Shown: positions 47,762 through 56,963 of the stretch, piece by piece | Layout of the letters: every line of letters starts with the position of its first letter | Numbering within the stretch: the first letter of the stretch is position 1 | IMG/VR virus record: IMGVR_UViG_3300020202_000001 | Coordinates: 1 to 64,000 of that record | Direction: 5' to 3' (one strand) | DNA: 64,000 nucleotides | Made by a program: the position numbers and the translations under genes | Notes under the pieces: model-generated | Told to the model about the DNA's origin: nothing | The model's input: the letters and a program-made list of their open reading frames with translations, nothing else | Database searches by the model: none

Positions 47762-49041
47762 CGCCCAAGCTCTCACTGTTCACCCCGACGCACAACGCGA
47801 AGCACCTCCGGGAGGTCTACGACGGCATCAAGGCCCAGGCGTACGAGAACTGGGAGTGGGTGATCGTCACCAACGGCCCGGACAGCTCGATGGTCGATCT
47901 CCAGGCCCTGATCGCGGCGATCGGTATCAGCGACAAGCGGGTCCGCGTGCACCACTCCGCGATCGGCTCCGACAAGATCGGGGCGTTGAAGCGGGAGGCC
48001 GTCGAGCTGTGCCACGGCGACGCCTTCATCGAGATGGACCACGACGACCTCCTCGTGCCCGGCACGCTGGCGAAGGTCGCCAAGGGCATCGCCGAGGGGG
48101 CCGGGTTCGTCTACAGCGACGTGGCCGTGTTCAACGACGGGAAGCTCGACAGCTGGGGGTACGCCCCGTCGTGGGGCTGGGAGCACTACCCGCTCCGGGT
48201 GTACGACAAGCCGTTCCTCGTCACCCGCAACTTCGACATCAGCCCCCGGTCCCTGTGCGAGGTCTACTTCGCCCCGGACCACGTCCGCGTCTGGAGCCGC
48301 AAGGCGTACTGGGCGGCCGGCGGGCACGACGCGAGCATGTCGGTGGGCGACGACCACGACCTGATCTGCCGGACGTACCTGACCGGGGTCCCGTTCCACC
48401 ACATCGGCGGCTGCGGGTACCTGTACCGCTACCACGCCTCGAACACCGTCAAGGCCCGCAACGACGCGATCCAGGCCCAGCAGCGGGCCAACCGGCACAA
48501 GTACCTCGCCCCGCTGATCGGCGAGTGGTGCCGGCGGGAGGAGCACCTGACGCTCGACCTCCTCTCGCAGATGCGGGAGAAGAGCTGGCACCCCGACCAC
48601 CCGACCCAGCTCCGCCGGCCCGAGCTGTCCAACCAGCGGCTGAAGCTCGGGGAGAGCGTCTACCTGAAGAACCGGTTCGGGTACATCACGGCGAGCGACT
48701 GCCTCCAGCTGATCCGCCCCGAGCACCTGGTCGAGGTCATGAACGCCCTGTACGAGGCCCTGCTGCCCGGCGGCTACCTGACCGTGATCGTGCCGGCGCT
48801 GACCGGCCGGTACGCCGACCAGAACCCGCTCCACCGCACCCGGTTCAACCTGAACACGTTCCTCCACTTCAGCCGCAAGGAGTTCGCCGCCCAGCTCCCG
48901 GGCGTGGCGTGCAAGTTCGACCTGATCCAGTCCGAGGAGTTCTACCCCGACGACTTCCACAAGCAGCACGACATGAAGATGCTCCGCGTCGACCTCTGCG
49001 CCCTGAAGGGTCAGCGGCACCCGGGGCCGAAACTCATTTGA
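47758..49041 (+). CDS. GT2 glycosyltransferase fused to a methyltransferase-like C-terminal domain
   Basis: SLFTPTHN, NWEWVIV, EMDHDD, GDDHDL; C-terminal VMNALYEALLPGG..IVP..ADQNPLH. Confidence 0.8.
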   Translation: MTPKLSLFTPTHNAKHLREVYDGIKAQAYENWEWVIVTNGPDSSMVDLQALIAAIGISDKRVRVHHSAIGSDKIGALKREAVELCHGDAFIEMDHDDLLVPGTLAKVAKGIAEGAGFVYSDVAVFNDGKLDSWGYAPSWGWEHYPLRVYDKPFLVTRNFDISPRSLCEVYFAPDHVRVWSRKAYWAAGGHDASMSVGDDHDLICRTYLTGVPFHHIGGCGYLYRYHASNTVKARNDAIQAQQRANRHKYLAPLIGEWCRREEHLTLDLLSQMREKSWHPDHPTQLRRPELSNQRLKLGESVYLKNRFGYITASDCLQLIRPEHLVEVMNALYEALLPGGYLTVIVPALTGRYADQNPLHRTRFNLNTFLHFSRKEFAAQLPGVACKFDLIQSEEFYPDDFHKQHDMKMLRVDLCALKGQRHPGPKLI

Positions 49042-49050
49042 AGGTTCCCC

Positions 49051-49950
49051 ATGAGCAAGCTGATCGCGCGAGACAAGCGGGTCGAGATGGCGGCGAAGTA
49101 CGTGTCGTCGTTCGGGGACGACCCGACGCCCTGGTACCGGCGGATGTACTGGCGGTGGCGGTTCCGCCTCGAAGAGTGGGGCCTCCGCGAGCTGAAGCGT
49201 GACGCGCGGGTGATCGGGCAGATGGTCCAGCACCCGCGGGCGTTCAGGAAGTTCGTCGGGTTCGTCCGGCCCTGGCTGAAGGCGTGGCGGGCCAGCGGGT
49301 TCGACCCGAAGTGGCTGGAGGGCTACGGCTCGACGCCGAACCGGGTCCGGCGGTACCTGCTGGAGGCCTGGTCGATCGCCCGGCACGGCAAGCGGCACAT
49401 GCGGATCTACCTGCCCGTGATCTCAAACACGTTCGACGCCCCGTGCGAGGGCTGCGGGCGGTGCTGCCGGGTGCCCAAGGGCGAGAGCGGGTACGTCCAG
49501 GTGCAGGTCTTCCCGTGGGAGCGGTTCCGCTTCGTGCACCCGGACATCGCCGTGGTCCACCCGGAGCGGCCGAACGAGTACATGTTCCGGTTCGTGGACG
49601 ACGGCGAGGGCGGGAAGAAGTGCCCGATGCTCGCGGCGGACGGCCGGTGCTCGGCGTACGGGTACCGCCCGACCGCCTGCGTGGTGTTCAACTGCGCGGA
49701 CGGGATGAGCGAGTTCTCCGAGGGGATGTTCTCGGCGGGCCAGTTCCTTCGGAACGTGCCGAAGGTCAAAGAGCGGCTCGTGCAGATCGGTTTCAAGAAG
49801 GTGGAACGGTACGAGGTCGAGGACGGCCTCCGCCGGCGACGAAGGGACAGCCAATGGCCAAACTCAATACCGGTTTTTGGATCGACGACGCGGGCATCAT
49901 GCGAGGGGTCGGCCGCGAAACCCCGCCGGACCGCATCGTCCACGTCATGA
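49051..49950 (+). CDS. YkgJ-like CxxCxxCC cysteine-cluster protein
   Basis: CEGCGRCC...CPML...CSAY..RP.AC..F.C. Confidence 0.7.
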   Translation: MSKLIARDKRVEMAAKYVSSFGDDPTPWYRRMYWRWRFRLEEWGLRELKRDARVIGQMVQHPRAFRKFVGFVRPWLKAWRASGFDPKWLEGYGSTPNRVRRYLLEAWSIARHGKRHMRIYLPVISNTFDAPCEGCGRCCRVPKGESGYVQVQVFPWERFRFVHPDIAVVHPERPNEYMFRFVDDGEGGKKCPMLAADGRCSAYGYRPTACVVFNCADGMSEFSEGMFSAGQFLRNVPKVKERLVQIGFKKVERYEVEDGLRRRRRDSQWPNSIPVFGSTTRASCEGSAAKPRRTASSTS

Positions 49951-50087
49951 CGGACGGGACCGAAATGCCCGACGCGATCGAGGCGAAGGTCGTGGAGGAG
50001 TACCTGAAGCGGAAGATCCCGGTGCCGGCGAAGCAGTTGAGCGCCGGGGCGTCGAGCAGCGACGAAATTGACGCGCGGAAGGGCTAA
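49854..50087 (+). CDS. small hypothetical protein
   Basis: MAKLNTGFWIDD..., high GC3 downstream. Confidence 0.5.
   Translation: MAKLNTGFWIDDAGIMRGVGRETPPDRIVHVMTDGTEMPDAIEAKVVEEYLKRKIPVPAKQLSAGASSSDEIDARKG
49861..49882. repeat. dispersed palindromic motif copy 10
   Basis: AACTCAATACCGGTTTTTGGAT. Confidence 0.8.
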
Positions 50088-50117
50088 AAAACGGCCCGGA
50101 ACGTGTCATAATAGGTG

Positions 50118-50400
50118 AGCAGCCGCTTAGCCCACGCGGGCGGCAGTTTTTCGTACACTTCGGTGGCGACAAGACGTTTTTAGGGAAGGAGGCACCGCAT
50201 GGAGTGACGCCAGGCCCAGCCCCGGACCCTCGGACGCCCAACGTCGAGGCCACGGACCAGCGGGAAGCGTCACCTACTCACCACCTTCACTCGAAGAGAC
50301 CCCCTAAAACCAGGGGTCGACTTCAAACTGCCACCAGCGCCGGGGTCACCCGGCACTGGTGATTCAGAGGCCGCCGGGCGTTCCGGCGGCCTCTTCGCGT
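50118..50400 (+). ncRNA. candidate structured ncRNA (rod with central bubble, 6S-like architecture)
   Basis: Extended -10 TGTCATAAT at 50104; nested long-range helices; terminator-like stem 50366-50394. Confidence 0.4.
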
Positions 50401-50413
50401 TTCCACACTCTTC

Positions 50414-50429
50414 ACATCCTGGGAGGATG
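50414..50429 (+). promoter_or_regulatory. ACATCCTGGGAGGATG element over RBS (copy 1 of 3; others at 51261 and 52374)
   Basis: Identical 16-mer inverted repeat just before three start codons. Confidence 0.7.
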
Positions 50430-50432
50430 CCT

Positions 50433-51224
50433 ATGAAGACGACCCTCGCCTCCGCCGGCCGAGTCCTGATCGCGATCGCGATCCTCGGCGGCATCGTGAC
50501 CGGCCTGCTGTACGCCGCCGGCCGCGCCCCGTACGTGCCGTACCCGCAGCTGCCGCTGCTCGCCACGGCGGCCCTCGCGACGGCGTTCTCGGCCGTGTTC
50601 GTGCTTGGGCTGGCCATGCGGCCGCGGCCCGAGACGGGCAAGTTCGCCGGCTTCCTGGCGAACGTCGACGCCGTGACGCACGGCCTCGGCAACGGCCGCC
50701 GCCGGGTCACCTCGCTGCCGAAGCGGGTGTGGGCCTGGTGGAAGAAGCCGAAGGAGGTCGTCGTGGTCAAGAAGGCCAAGCCCAAGCGGAAGTCCCGGGC
50801 CAAGAAGCCCGCGACGACGGCGGCGGCCACGGCGGTCCCTACCACGCGGCCGGCGCGAAAGCCCCGCCGGCCCGTCCCCGTCGTCGCCTCGGCCCCTGAC
50901 GCCGACGACACGGACGACGACACGGACGACGACGCGCCGGCGGGCGGCCTGGCCGGTCACGTCAACCGGTTCGCCGCCAGCAGCGCCGTCGCCGCGAAGG
51001 AGGCCACCGCGATCGCCGCCGCGGTCGTGGGCACCGAGGCCGAGCTGCTCGACGTCGACGAGCCCGGCATCCCCAACTCGGAGCGGGTCCGCCGGTCGAA
51101 GCACAACAAGGCCGTCCGCAAGGCACAGCGGCGGGCCTTGCGGCAGGCCCCGGCGGCGGCCGACGACGACGGCGACGACGTCGACGGGGTACTCGACAAC
51201 GGCTCGCTCGTCGGCGGCCGTTAA
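50433..51224 (+). CDS. membrane protein (2 TM) with basic/acidic tail
   Basis: Two hydrophobic helices. Confidence 0.6.
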   Translation: MKTTLASAGRVLIAIAILGGIVTGLLYAAGRAPYVPYPQLPLLATAALATAFSAVFVLGLAMRPRPETGKFAGFLANVDAVTHGLGNGRRRVTSLPKRVWAWWKKPKEVVVVKKAKPKRKSRAKKPATTAAATAVPTTRPARKPRRPVPVVASAPDADDTDDDTDDDAPAGGLAGHVNRFAASSAVAAKEATAIAAAVVGTEAELLDVDEPGIPNSERVRRSKHNKAVRKAQRRALRQAPAAADDDGDDVDGVLDNGSLVGGR

Positions 51225-51278
51225 GGGGTCGGGACGTTCCCGGCCTCGTTCCAGTTCACCACATCCTGGGAGGATGTC

Positions 51279-51722
51279 ATGCAGCAGTTCTGGACCCGAG
51301 CACGCCAGGTGCTCCAACAGCGGGGCCTGATGGTCCCGTTGGGCGTCCTGCTGGCGATCTTCGTGATCGCCGGCCTCCTGCGGCTCAACACGAAGTTGCA
51401 GCCGCACCCGAGCCCGCACTTCGCCGCCGCGACGCTGATCGTGGTCGCGTTCGTGCTGGGCGTCGGGCTCCGGCCGGTGATGATCCGGCGGAAGATCTGG
51501 CCGGGCCTCATCCGCGTGCTGGACCTGTTGTTCAGCAGCGCGGCAGAGTACCGCGCCCTCGCCGAGGAGCTGAAGGCCCGGCTGCGGACCCGCCGCAACC
51601 AGCTCCGCCGGCTCAAGCAGAAGCTGCGGCAACAGCGGCAGCACCCCCGCCGGCGTCACAACGACCAGCGGCCCCCGGGCGACCGGAGCCACAGGTTCGA
51701 GGACGCCGCGCACCGCGTCTGA
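51279..51722 (+). CDS. membrane protein (2 TM) with Arg-rich tail
   Basis: Two hydrophobic helices. Confidence 0.6.
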   Translation: MQQFWTRARQVLQQRGLMVPLGVLLAIFVIAGLLRLNTKLQPHPSPHFAAATLIVVAFVLGVGLRPVMIRRKIWPGLIRVLDLLFSSAAEYRALAEELKARLRTRRNQLRRLKQKLRQQRQHPRRRHNDQRPPGDRSHRFEDAAHRV

Positions 51723-51736
51723 GTTAGACGACCCCC

Positions 51737-51768
51737 GGCCCGCCGGCGCGTTGCCGGCGGGCCTTTGT
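51737..51768 (+). terminator. intrinsic terminator
   Basis: GGCCCGCCGGC/GCCGGCGGGCC + TTTGT. Confidence 0.65.
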
Positions 51769-51813
51769 CCCCGCAAGTAAACCGTTCACAGAAACCACGA
51801 AGGAGACCAAGCC

Positions 51814-52242
51814 ATGAACAAGTTCACCACCACCCTCGTTCTCGCCGCCCTGTCCCTGACCGCCCTCGTCGGCTGCGACGCCAAGCTCGGCGGTGACGCC
51901 GAGGTCCCCAGCGGCACCCACGAGGTCGCCGTCGAGTACGTGCGGGAGTTCTACCCGCAGTGCCCGATGGACCGGATCAACACGGCGGCCGTCGCGGCGG
52001 CCACGCAGCTGACCGAGGAGGAGATGAAGACGCTCCTGTCGGTCCACCGCGGCACCGTCAAGGCCAGCGACGTCGACCTGAAGCAGCTGTCGCCGATGGT
52101 CGAGAAGCACGACGCCGTGATGCCCGTGCTCCAGGACATCACGCGGTGCCAGCGCGTCGGCCAGGCCACGGCGGCGACGCAGGCCGGTAAGCCGGTGACC
52201 CCGGCCGCGCCGCCCGCGACGCAGCCCGCCGCCAAGGCGTAG
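51814..52242 (+). CDS. putative lipoprotein
   Basis: Signal peptide ending LVGC; AAGGAG SD. Confidence 0.7.
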   Translation: MNKFTTTLVLAALSLTALVGCDAKLGGDAEVPSGTHEVAVEYVREFYPQCPMDRINTAAVAAATQLTEEEMKTLLSVHRGTVKASDVDLKQLSPMVEKHDAVMPVLQDITRCQRVGQATAATQAGKPVTPAAPPATQPAAKA

Positions 52243-52392
52243 GCAATCCCTCTCTCCCCCGAGGGCACCGGTCGCGGGGCGTGCCCCCACGCCCCCGCCG
52301 GTGTAAGGTCCCCCGATCGCCCGCGTGGGCGACGGGGCCGGGTCCCAAGCCCCGGAGCACCGAGAGTCGCCAAACATCCTGGGAGGATGACC

Positions 52393-53673
52393 ATGGCAGA
52401 ACTGAAGATCATGTCCAAGCACGACCAGGCGACCCCTGTAGTCGTGGTCCCGTTCGACCAGACCGTGCCCGCACAGGAGGCGGGGCTCGCGTTCGGCAAG
52501 TGGCTGCGGCTGAACGTCCCGCAGGCGTTCGTCGACGCCATGCAGGCCGGGCTCAAGAGCACGCTGGCGGAGATCGGCGACCCGCACACCCGCATCGTCG
52601 TAACGCGGGAGGAGATCGCCCACGCCGAGTACGTCGAGGTCGACGGCGTGAAGCTGAAGTCGCGGGACGGCGACACCGGGTTCCTGGTCCCGCCGATCAA
52701 GGACGTCCTCGGGCGGGAGGTCCACGGCCGGGTGAACTCGATGTTCAACTGGCCGCTGATGTTCAGCCCCGGCCGGCGGCCCCGGCGAGAGACGGTCCGG
52801 TTCGACGTCGAGGCCCAGCCCGACCGGGCGAAGTTCGTGGCGGCGGCGGCCGCGCTCGGCATCACGGTGCCGGCGGAGGACGACCTACCGGCCGACCAGC
52901 GGGCGGCGGTCGAGTATACGAAGCGGTGGTTCACCGAGAAGGGCTTCACCGTCGTCCGCGAGGAGCGGCTCGGCAACGGCGAGGTCCAGCTCGTGATCGA
53001 CAGCCAGCAGGTGCCCGAGCCGCAGCGGTCCCTGATGACGCACGGCACCGGCCCGAACTCGCGGTTCAAGCGGGTCGTGCAGGAGGCGATCGCGAAGGCG
53101 AACGACGTGGCGCTCAGCTGGGGCCACGAGTACATCGGCACGGAGCACCTGCTGTACGGGATGGCGATGACCGAGGCGGGCCAGAAGCTCCTGACCGCGT
53201 GTGCCATCGCCCCGGAGCCGATCTCGGCGGCGGAGGTCATCCAGGCCCGCATCCGCGACTTGGTGAAGCTCGGGCCGGCGATCGCCACGGCAGGCAAGCT
53301 GGAGGCAACGCCCCGCGCGAAGGCGGTCCTGACCCAGTTCGCCTTGAAGGAGGCGGGCGAGGGCCAGATCGGGCTGCGGGAGCTGCTGATCGGCCTGCTC
53401 GCCGAGAAGCACGGGGTAGCCGGGCACATCCTGGAGGACCTCGGGCTGACGGCCGAGAGGGTCCGGTCGACGCGGCTCTCCCCGGAGTCGTACAACGCCG
53501 GCGTCTTCGACGAGGGGACGGACGTGGGCAACCTGGTGATCCTCGACGAGGTTCACGCCAGCCCGGCCCAGATCCCGCCCGGCCCGGTGAACCCGCTGGG
53601 CGAGAACGACGCCGACGCGGCGAAGGATCACGTCGAACGGCCGGCGGCTCACGACGCCGACTTCGGACGATGA
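52393..53673 (+). CDS. protein with C-terminal double Clp-N (ClpC N-domain) repeat, no AAA domain
   Basis: A...A..WGHEYIGTEHLLYG and TPRAKAVL...A..EA....IG...LL.GLL.E..GVA..IL..LG. Confidence 0.75.
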   Translation: MAELKIMSKHDQATPVVVVPFDQTVPAQEAGLAFGKWLRLNVPQAFVDAMQAGLKSTLAEIGDPHTRIVVTREEIAHAEYVEVDGVKLKSRDGDTGFLVPPIKDVLGREVHGRVNSMFNWPLMFSPGRRPRRETVRFDVEAQPDRAKFVAAAAALGITVPAEDDLPADQRAAVEYTKRWFTEKGFTVVREERLGNGEVQLVIDSQQVPEPQRSLMTHGTGPNSRFKRVVQEAIAKANDVALSWGHEYIGTEHLLYGMAMTEAGQKLLTACAIAPEPISAAEVIQARIRDLVKLGPAIATAGKLEATPRAKAVLTQFALKEAGEGQIGLRELLIGLLAEKHGVAGHILEDLGLTAERVRSTRLSPESYNAGVFDEGTDVGNLVILDEVHASPAQIPPGPVNPLGENDADAAKDHVERPAAHDADFGR

Positions 53674-54002
53674 CGGTCGTCGTCGACAACTGGGTCGGCG
53701 TCGCCGACAAGCGCCCCACGAGCCCGGCCGTGCCCCCGCAGGTGTGTGAGTACCTGCGGTTCACGGGCTCGTGGGGACAGCTCCGGTGGTTGAAGATCTC
53801 GCGGTGCCTGGGTAACAATCTCGGCGTCCTCGTGTTCCCGCACGGCGACTTCGAGCTGCGGTACCCGTCGCTGGAGTACACGATCGCGTACGAGAGCGCG
53901 TGGAACGAGATCATCTACCGGGTCGGCCGCCGCTCGCAGCGGCAGCACGCGTTCTTCGCGAGCCGGGAGGTCGGCCGACGTAAGCGACGCACCGGGTTCT
54001 AA
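53670..54002 (+). CDS. hypothetical protein
   Basis: ATGA overlap with the upstream gene. Confidence 0.5.
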   Translation: MTVVVDNWVGVADKRPTSPAVPPQVCEYLRFTGSWGQLRWLKISRCLGNNLGVLVFPHGDFELRYPSLEYTIAYESAWNEIIYRVGRRSQRQHAFFASREVGRRKRRTGF

Positions 54003-54018
54003 AAACCGGTTTTTGAAT
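53997..54018. repeat. dispersed palindromic motif copy 11
   Basis: TTCTAAAAACCGGTTTTTGAAT. Confidence 0.9.
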
Positions 54019-54032
54019 CTCATCCCCCCAGG

Positions 54033-54074
54033 AGAAGCCGGCCCGCCCGCGAGGGCGGTCACCGGCTTTTCTTT
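54033..54074 (+). terminator. intrinsic terminator
   Basis: AGAAGCCGG...CCGGCTTTT-CTTT. Confidence 0.6.
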
Positions 54075-54150
54075 ACCTATCGGCGGCGGTTATAGTGGAT
54101 GGCTCGCGGCCACGGACGGCCGCCCCCACGCGACAGAGCAAGGAGGCTCC

Positions 54151-55080
54151 GTGTCCGATCTCCTCGACGTCATCGAGCCCGGCATCCCCGTGAAGGACGG
54201 CTGCCCCGTCCTCCGGCGGATCAAGGCGTTCGTCAGCAACGAGGGCGTCCACGCCACCCTCCGGTACACGTTCCGCCACCGCCAGACCGGCCTCCCGATC
54301 GACTTCACGACCGCGTTCGTCACCGCCGTGTCCGAGCCCGCCGGCGTCACCAGCGAGAGCCTGGAGCCGGTCGACGCCGACACGGTCCTGGTCAAGTTCC
54401 GCGAGTTCACCGGGTCGAGCACGGCCGCCGACGAGTGCGTCACGGCCGAGGGCAAGGTCGTCGACCCCGAGAACGGCATCGTCGACTGCAAGATCCCGGT
54501 CAAGGTGTTCTCGCAGAGCGGCATCTACACGGTCGGCTGGGGGTACGTCCACGACGGCCAGCTCAAGGTCACGCAGAACTCCATGCTCAGCATCGAGCGG
54601 AGCCTGTTCGGGTTCGACGACGCCAGCCGGTACCGGACCGAGGGGCCGCCGACGCTCGGCGAGATCCGCATGGCGATGATGGACGACGGCCTGGCCAACT
54701 CGCTGCTGGGCGACGTCGAGTTCGACGACGAGCAGATCCTGCTGGCGCTGGTCAAGCCGATCCAATACTTCAACGAGACGAACCCGCCGCTCAGCCAGCG
54801 GTGGGACACCCGCAACTTCCCCTGGAAGGCCCACTGGGTCGACGCGATCAAGGGCTACCTGCTGGAGATCGCGGCGATGAACTACCGCCGGGAGCGGCTC
54901 CAGGTCACCGGCGGCGGCAAGACGCTGGACGACAAGAACAAGGAGCGGGAGTACCTGGGCGAGGCCAAGCAGCTGATCGCCGAGTGGAAGGACTTCGTCC
55001 TGCGTAAGAAGGTCGAGCTGAACATGGCCGCGTGCGTCGGGTCGTTCGGGTCGACGTACGGCGGGTGGGTGCGGAGCTGA
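54151..55080 (+). CDS. putative neck/head-tail adaptor protein
   Basis: Position before tail genes; helical C-terminal domain. Confidence 0.5.
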   Translation: MSDLLDVIEPGIPVKDGCPVLRRIKAFVSNEGVHATLRYTFRHRQTGLPIDFTTAFVTAVSEPAGVTSESLEPVDADTVLVKFREFTGSSTAADECVTAEGKVVDPENGIVDCKIPVKVFSQSGIYTVGWGYVHDGQLKVTQNSMLSIERSLFGFDDASRYRTEGPPTLGEIRMAMMDDGLANSLLGDVEFDDEQILLALVKPIQYFNETNPPLSQRWDTRNFPWKAHWVDAIKGYLLEIAAMNYRRERLQVTGGGKTLDDKNKEREYLGEAKQLIAEWKDFVLRKKVELNMAACVGSFGSTYGGWVRS

Positions 55081-55976
55081 TGCCGATGGACCCCAACAAC
55101 CCCGCGTGCCGCCCGTGCCGGCCGAGCGACTGCGGCAACCCGTTCGACCGGGTCGTCGTCAGCTACCTCGTCGCCGGCGGCACCCACGTCTTCTGGGACC
55201 TCCGGGACGACTTCACCGACCCCCGGCCGCTGACGTTCCAGCTGGAGGTCGGGCAGAGCGAGAACCCGGACGCCGACGACTGGAAGCCGGTCGGCGCGCC
55301 GGTCGTCGACACGTTCCTCGCCGTCGACGGCGAGCAGCGGGTCTTCGGCAAGGTGCGGTGGCAATACTACCGGGTGCGGCTCGACACCCAGCTCGGGACG
55401 TACTACTCCGCCCCGACCGGGCTGACCGGCACGCTCGACCACCGCGACTGGCGGCTGGCCCGGGCGACGATGCGGGCCGAGCAGGCGTACATGCGGGCCG
55501 GCGACGGCCAGCTCGGGTACCTGCTGAAGCGGCGGGTCGCCGGCGACCGGTGCCGGAGCTGTACGGAGCCGCAGACGGGCGAGGTCACGAACATCTACTG
55601 CCCCGAGTGCTACGGCACCGGGTTCCGGTGCGGGTACTTCTTCCCGATCGGGTGCGTGTGGGCGGACATCAACCCCCGGACGATCCACCTGACGCAGGAC
55701 AAGAGCCGGGGCACGGTCGCCGACGTCGGGGTCTCGGCCCGGATGCTGAACACCTGGGCGCTGGTCGAGGGCGACGTGTTCATCCACAAGACGACGGACG
55801 ACCGGTTCCACGTCCACCGCGTCCAGAACGTGATCGAGTTCCGCGGGGTGCCGATCGTCGCCAACGTCGAGCTGCGGCCCGCCCCCGCAACGGACCCGGT
55901 CTACATGCTCGACGTCCCGCACCAGGTCGACGACGTTGCCCGGCTGAAGGTGAGGGCCAATGCCGCACGTCCCTAA
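55080..55976 (+). CDS. putative neck/head-closure protein with Cys-rich (CRSC, CPECYGTG) insert
   Basis: Position and Cys motifs. Confidence 0.5.
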   Translation: MPMDPNNPACRPCRPSDCGNPFDRVVVSYLVAGGTHVFWDLRDDFTDPRPLTFQLEVGQSENPDADDWKPVGAPVVDTFLAVDGEQRVFGKVRWQYYRVRLDTQLGTYYSAPTGLTGTLDHRDWRLARATMRAEQAYMRAGDGQLGYLLKRRVAGDRCRSCTEPQTGEVTNIYCPECYGTGFRCGYFFPIGCVWADINPRTIHLTQDKSRGTVADVGVSARMLNTWALVEGDVFIHKTTDDRFHVHRVQNVIEFRGVPIVANVELRPAPATDPVYMLDVPHQVDDVARLKVRANAARP

Positions 55977-56289
55977 GCAGCCGCTCGGGAGCCCGAGGCT
56001 CGCGTCGACGACGAGCCCGATCCCGCTGGAGATCGCCAGGAGCCGGTGCGACGACGCCGTGCCGCCGGCCGCCGGCCAGCAGCCGAAGCAGCGGCCCGGC
56101 GTGATCCGGGTGCGGCCGCCGACGATCAGCGTCCGCAACTACCGGGTCGACACCGACAAGGTGATCGCCCAGCTGTTCGGCCGCGAGCTGAAGTTCAACG
56201 AAGTGACGGGAGTGTGCGACCTGTATGAGCCATCAAACCCCCGCAACCTGGTGCCCGCCTCAATCCCCAACCCCGCCGTCCCAAGATAG
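55960..56289 (+). CDS. hypothetical protein
   Basis: Overlapping coupled ORF. Confidence 0.45.
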   Translation: MPHVPKQPLGSPRLASTTSPIPLEIARSRCDDAVPPAAGQQPKQRPGVIRVRPPTISVRNYRVDTDKVIAQLFGRELKFNEVTGVCDLYEPSNPRNLVPASIPNPAVPR

Positions 56290-56920
56290 GCGGCAGCTGC
56301 TGGGGCACTGCATCAAGGGGTCGCTCGCGCACATCGGGTGGCGGCCGATCCTGATGACCGGCCTGCTGCGGCAGAAGCTGATCGAGCACTTCGCCAACGT
56401 CAGGAACATCGAAGACCCGGCGCTGCGGGAGGGGCCGAGCCCGGCCGTCTGGCGTGAGATCCTCCCCACGGGTATCATGATTGAAACGGTGCACAGGTGG
56501 AGGGGCGATCTCGTCGAGAAACGCCCCGCCGTCCTGGTCAACCGAAACGCCTACCGGAACCTGAGGGTCGGAATCGGGGACCGGCATGTGGCAGACGGAC
56601 TTGGGTGGGAGCACTACACGACCCTCTGGGTAGGCTCCCACACCCTGTTCTGCATCCACGGATCGGGTGCAAGTTGCGAGATCCTGGCGACGGAGGTGCA
56701 GCGTGAACTCACGGAGTTCGCACCGGCGATCGTCCAGCAACTCGGCCTCCACAAGTTCCAGGTGACGGAGGTCGGCGCTATCGGCGAAGTTGAAGAGGCC
56801 CGGCAGAACTACGTCGTCCCCATCACGATCGGCTGGGCGTTCCAGCAGACGTGGAAGCTGGAGACGGCGGCCCTGCCCCTGGCGGCCGTCAGCTTCGAGG
56901 TGAACATCGAAGACTGTTGA
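56225..56920 (+). CDS. putative tail terminator/completion protein (start uncertain)
   Basis: Directly upstream of the sheath; alpha/beta pattern. Confidence 0.45.
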   Translation: MSHQTPATWCPPQSPTPPSQDRRQLLGHCIKGSLAHIGWRPILMTGLLRQKLIEHFANVRNIEDPALREGPSPAVWREILPTGIMIETVHRWRGDLVEKRPAVLVNRNAYRNLRVGIGDRHVADGLGWEHYTTLWVGSHTLFCIHGSGASCEILATEVQRELTEFAPAIVQQLGLHKFQVTEVGAIGEVEEARQNYVVPITIGWAFQQTWKLETAALPLAAVSFEVNIEDC

Positions 56921-56963
56921 GACGGATCTCGACAACCCCAACATTGGCACGGAGGCCAGTATC

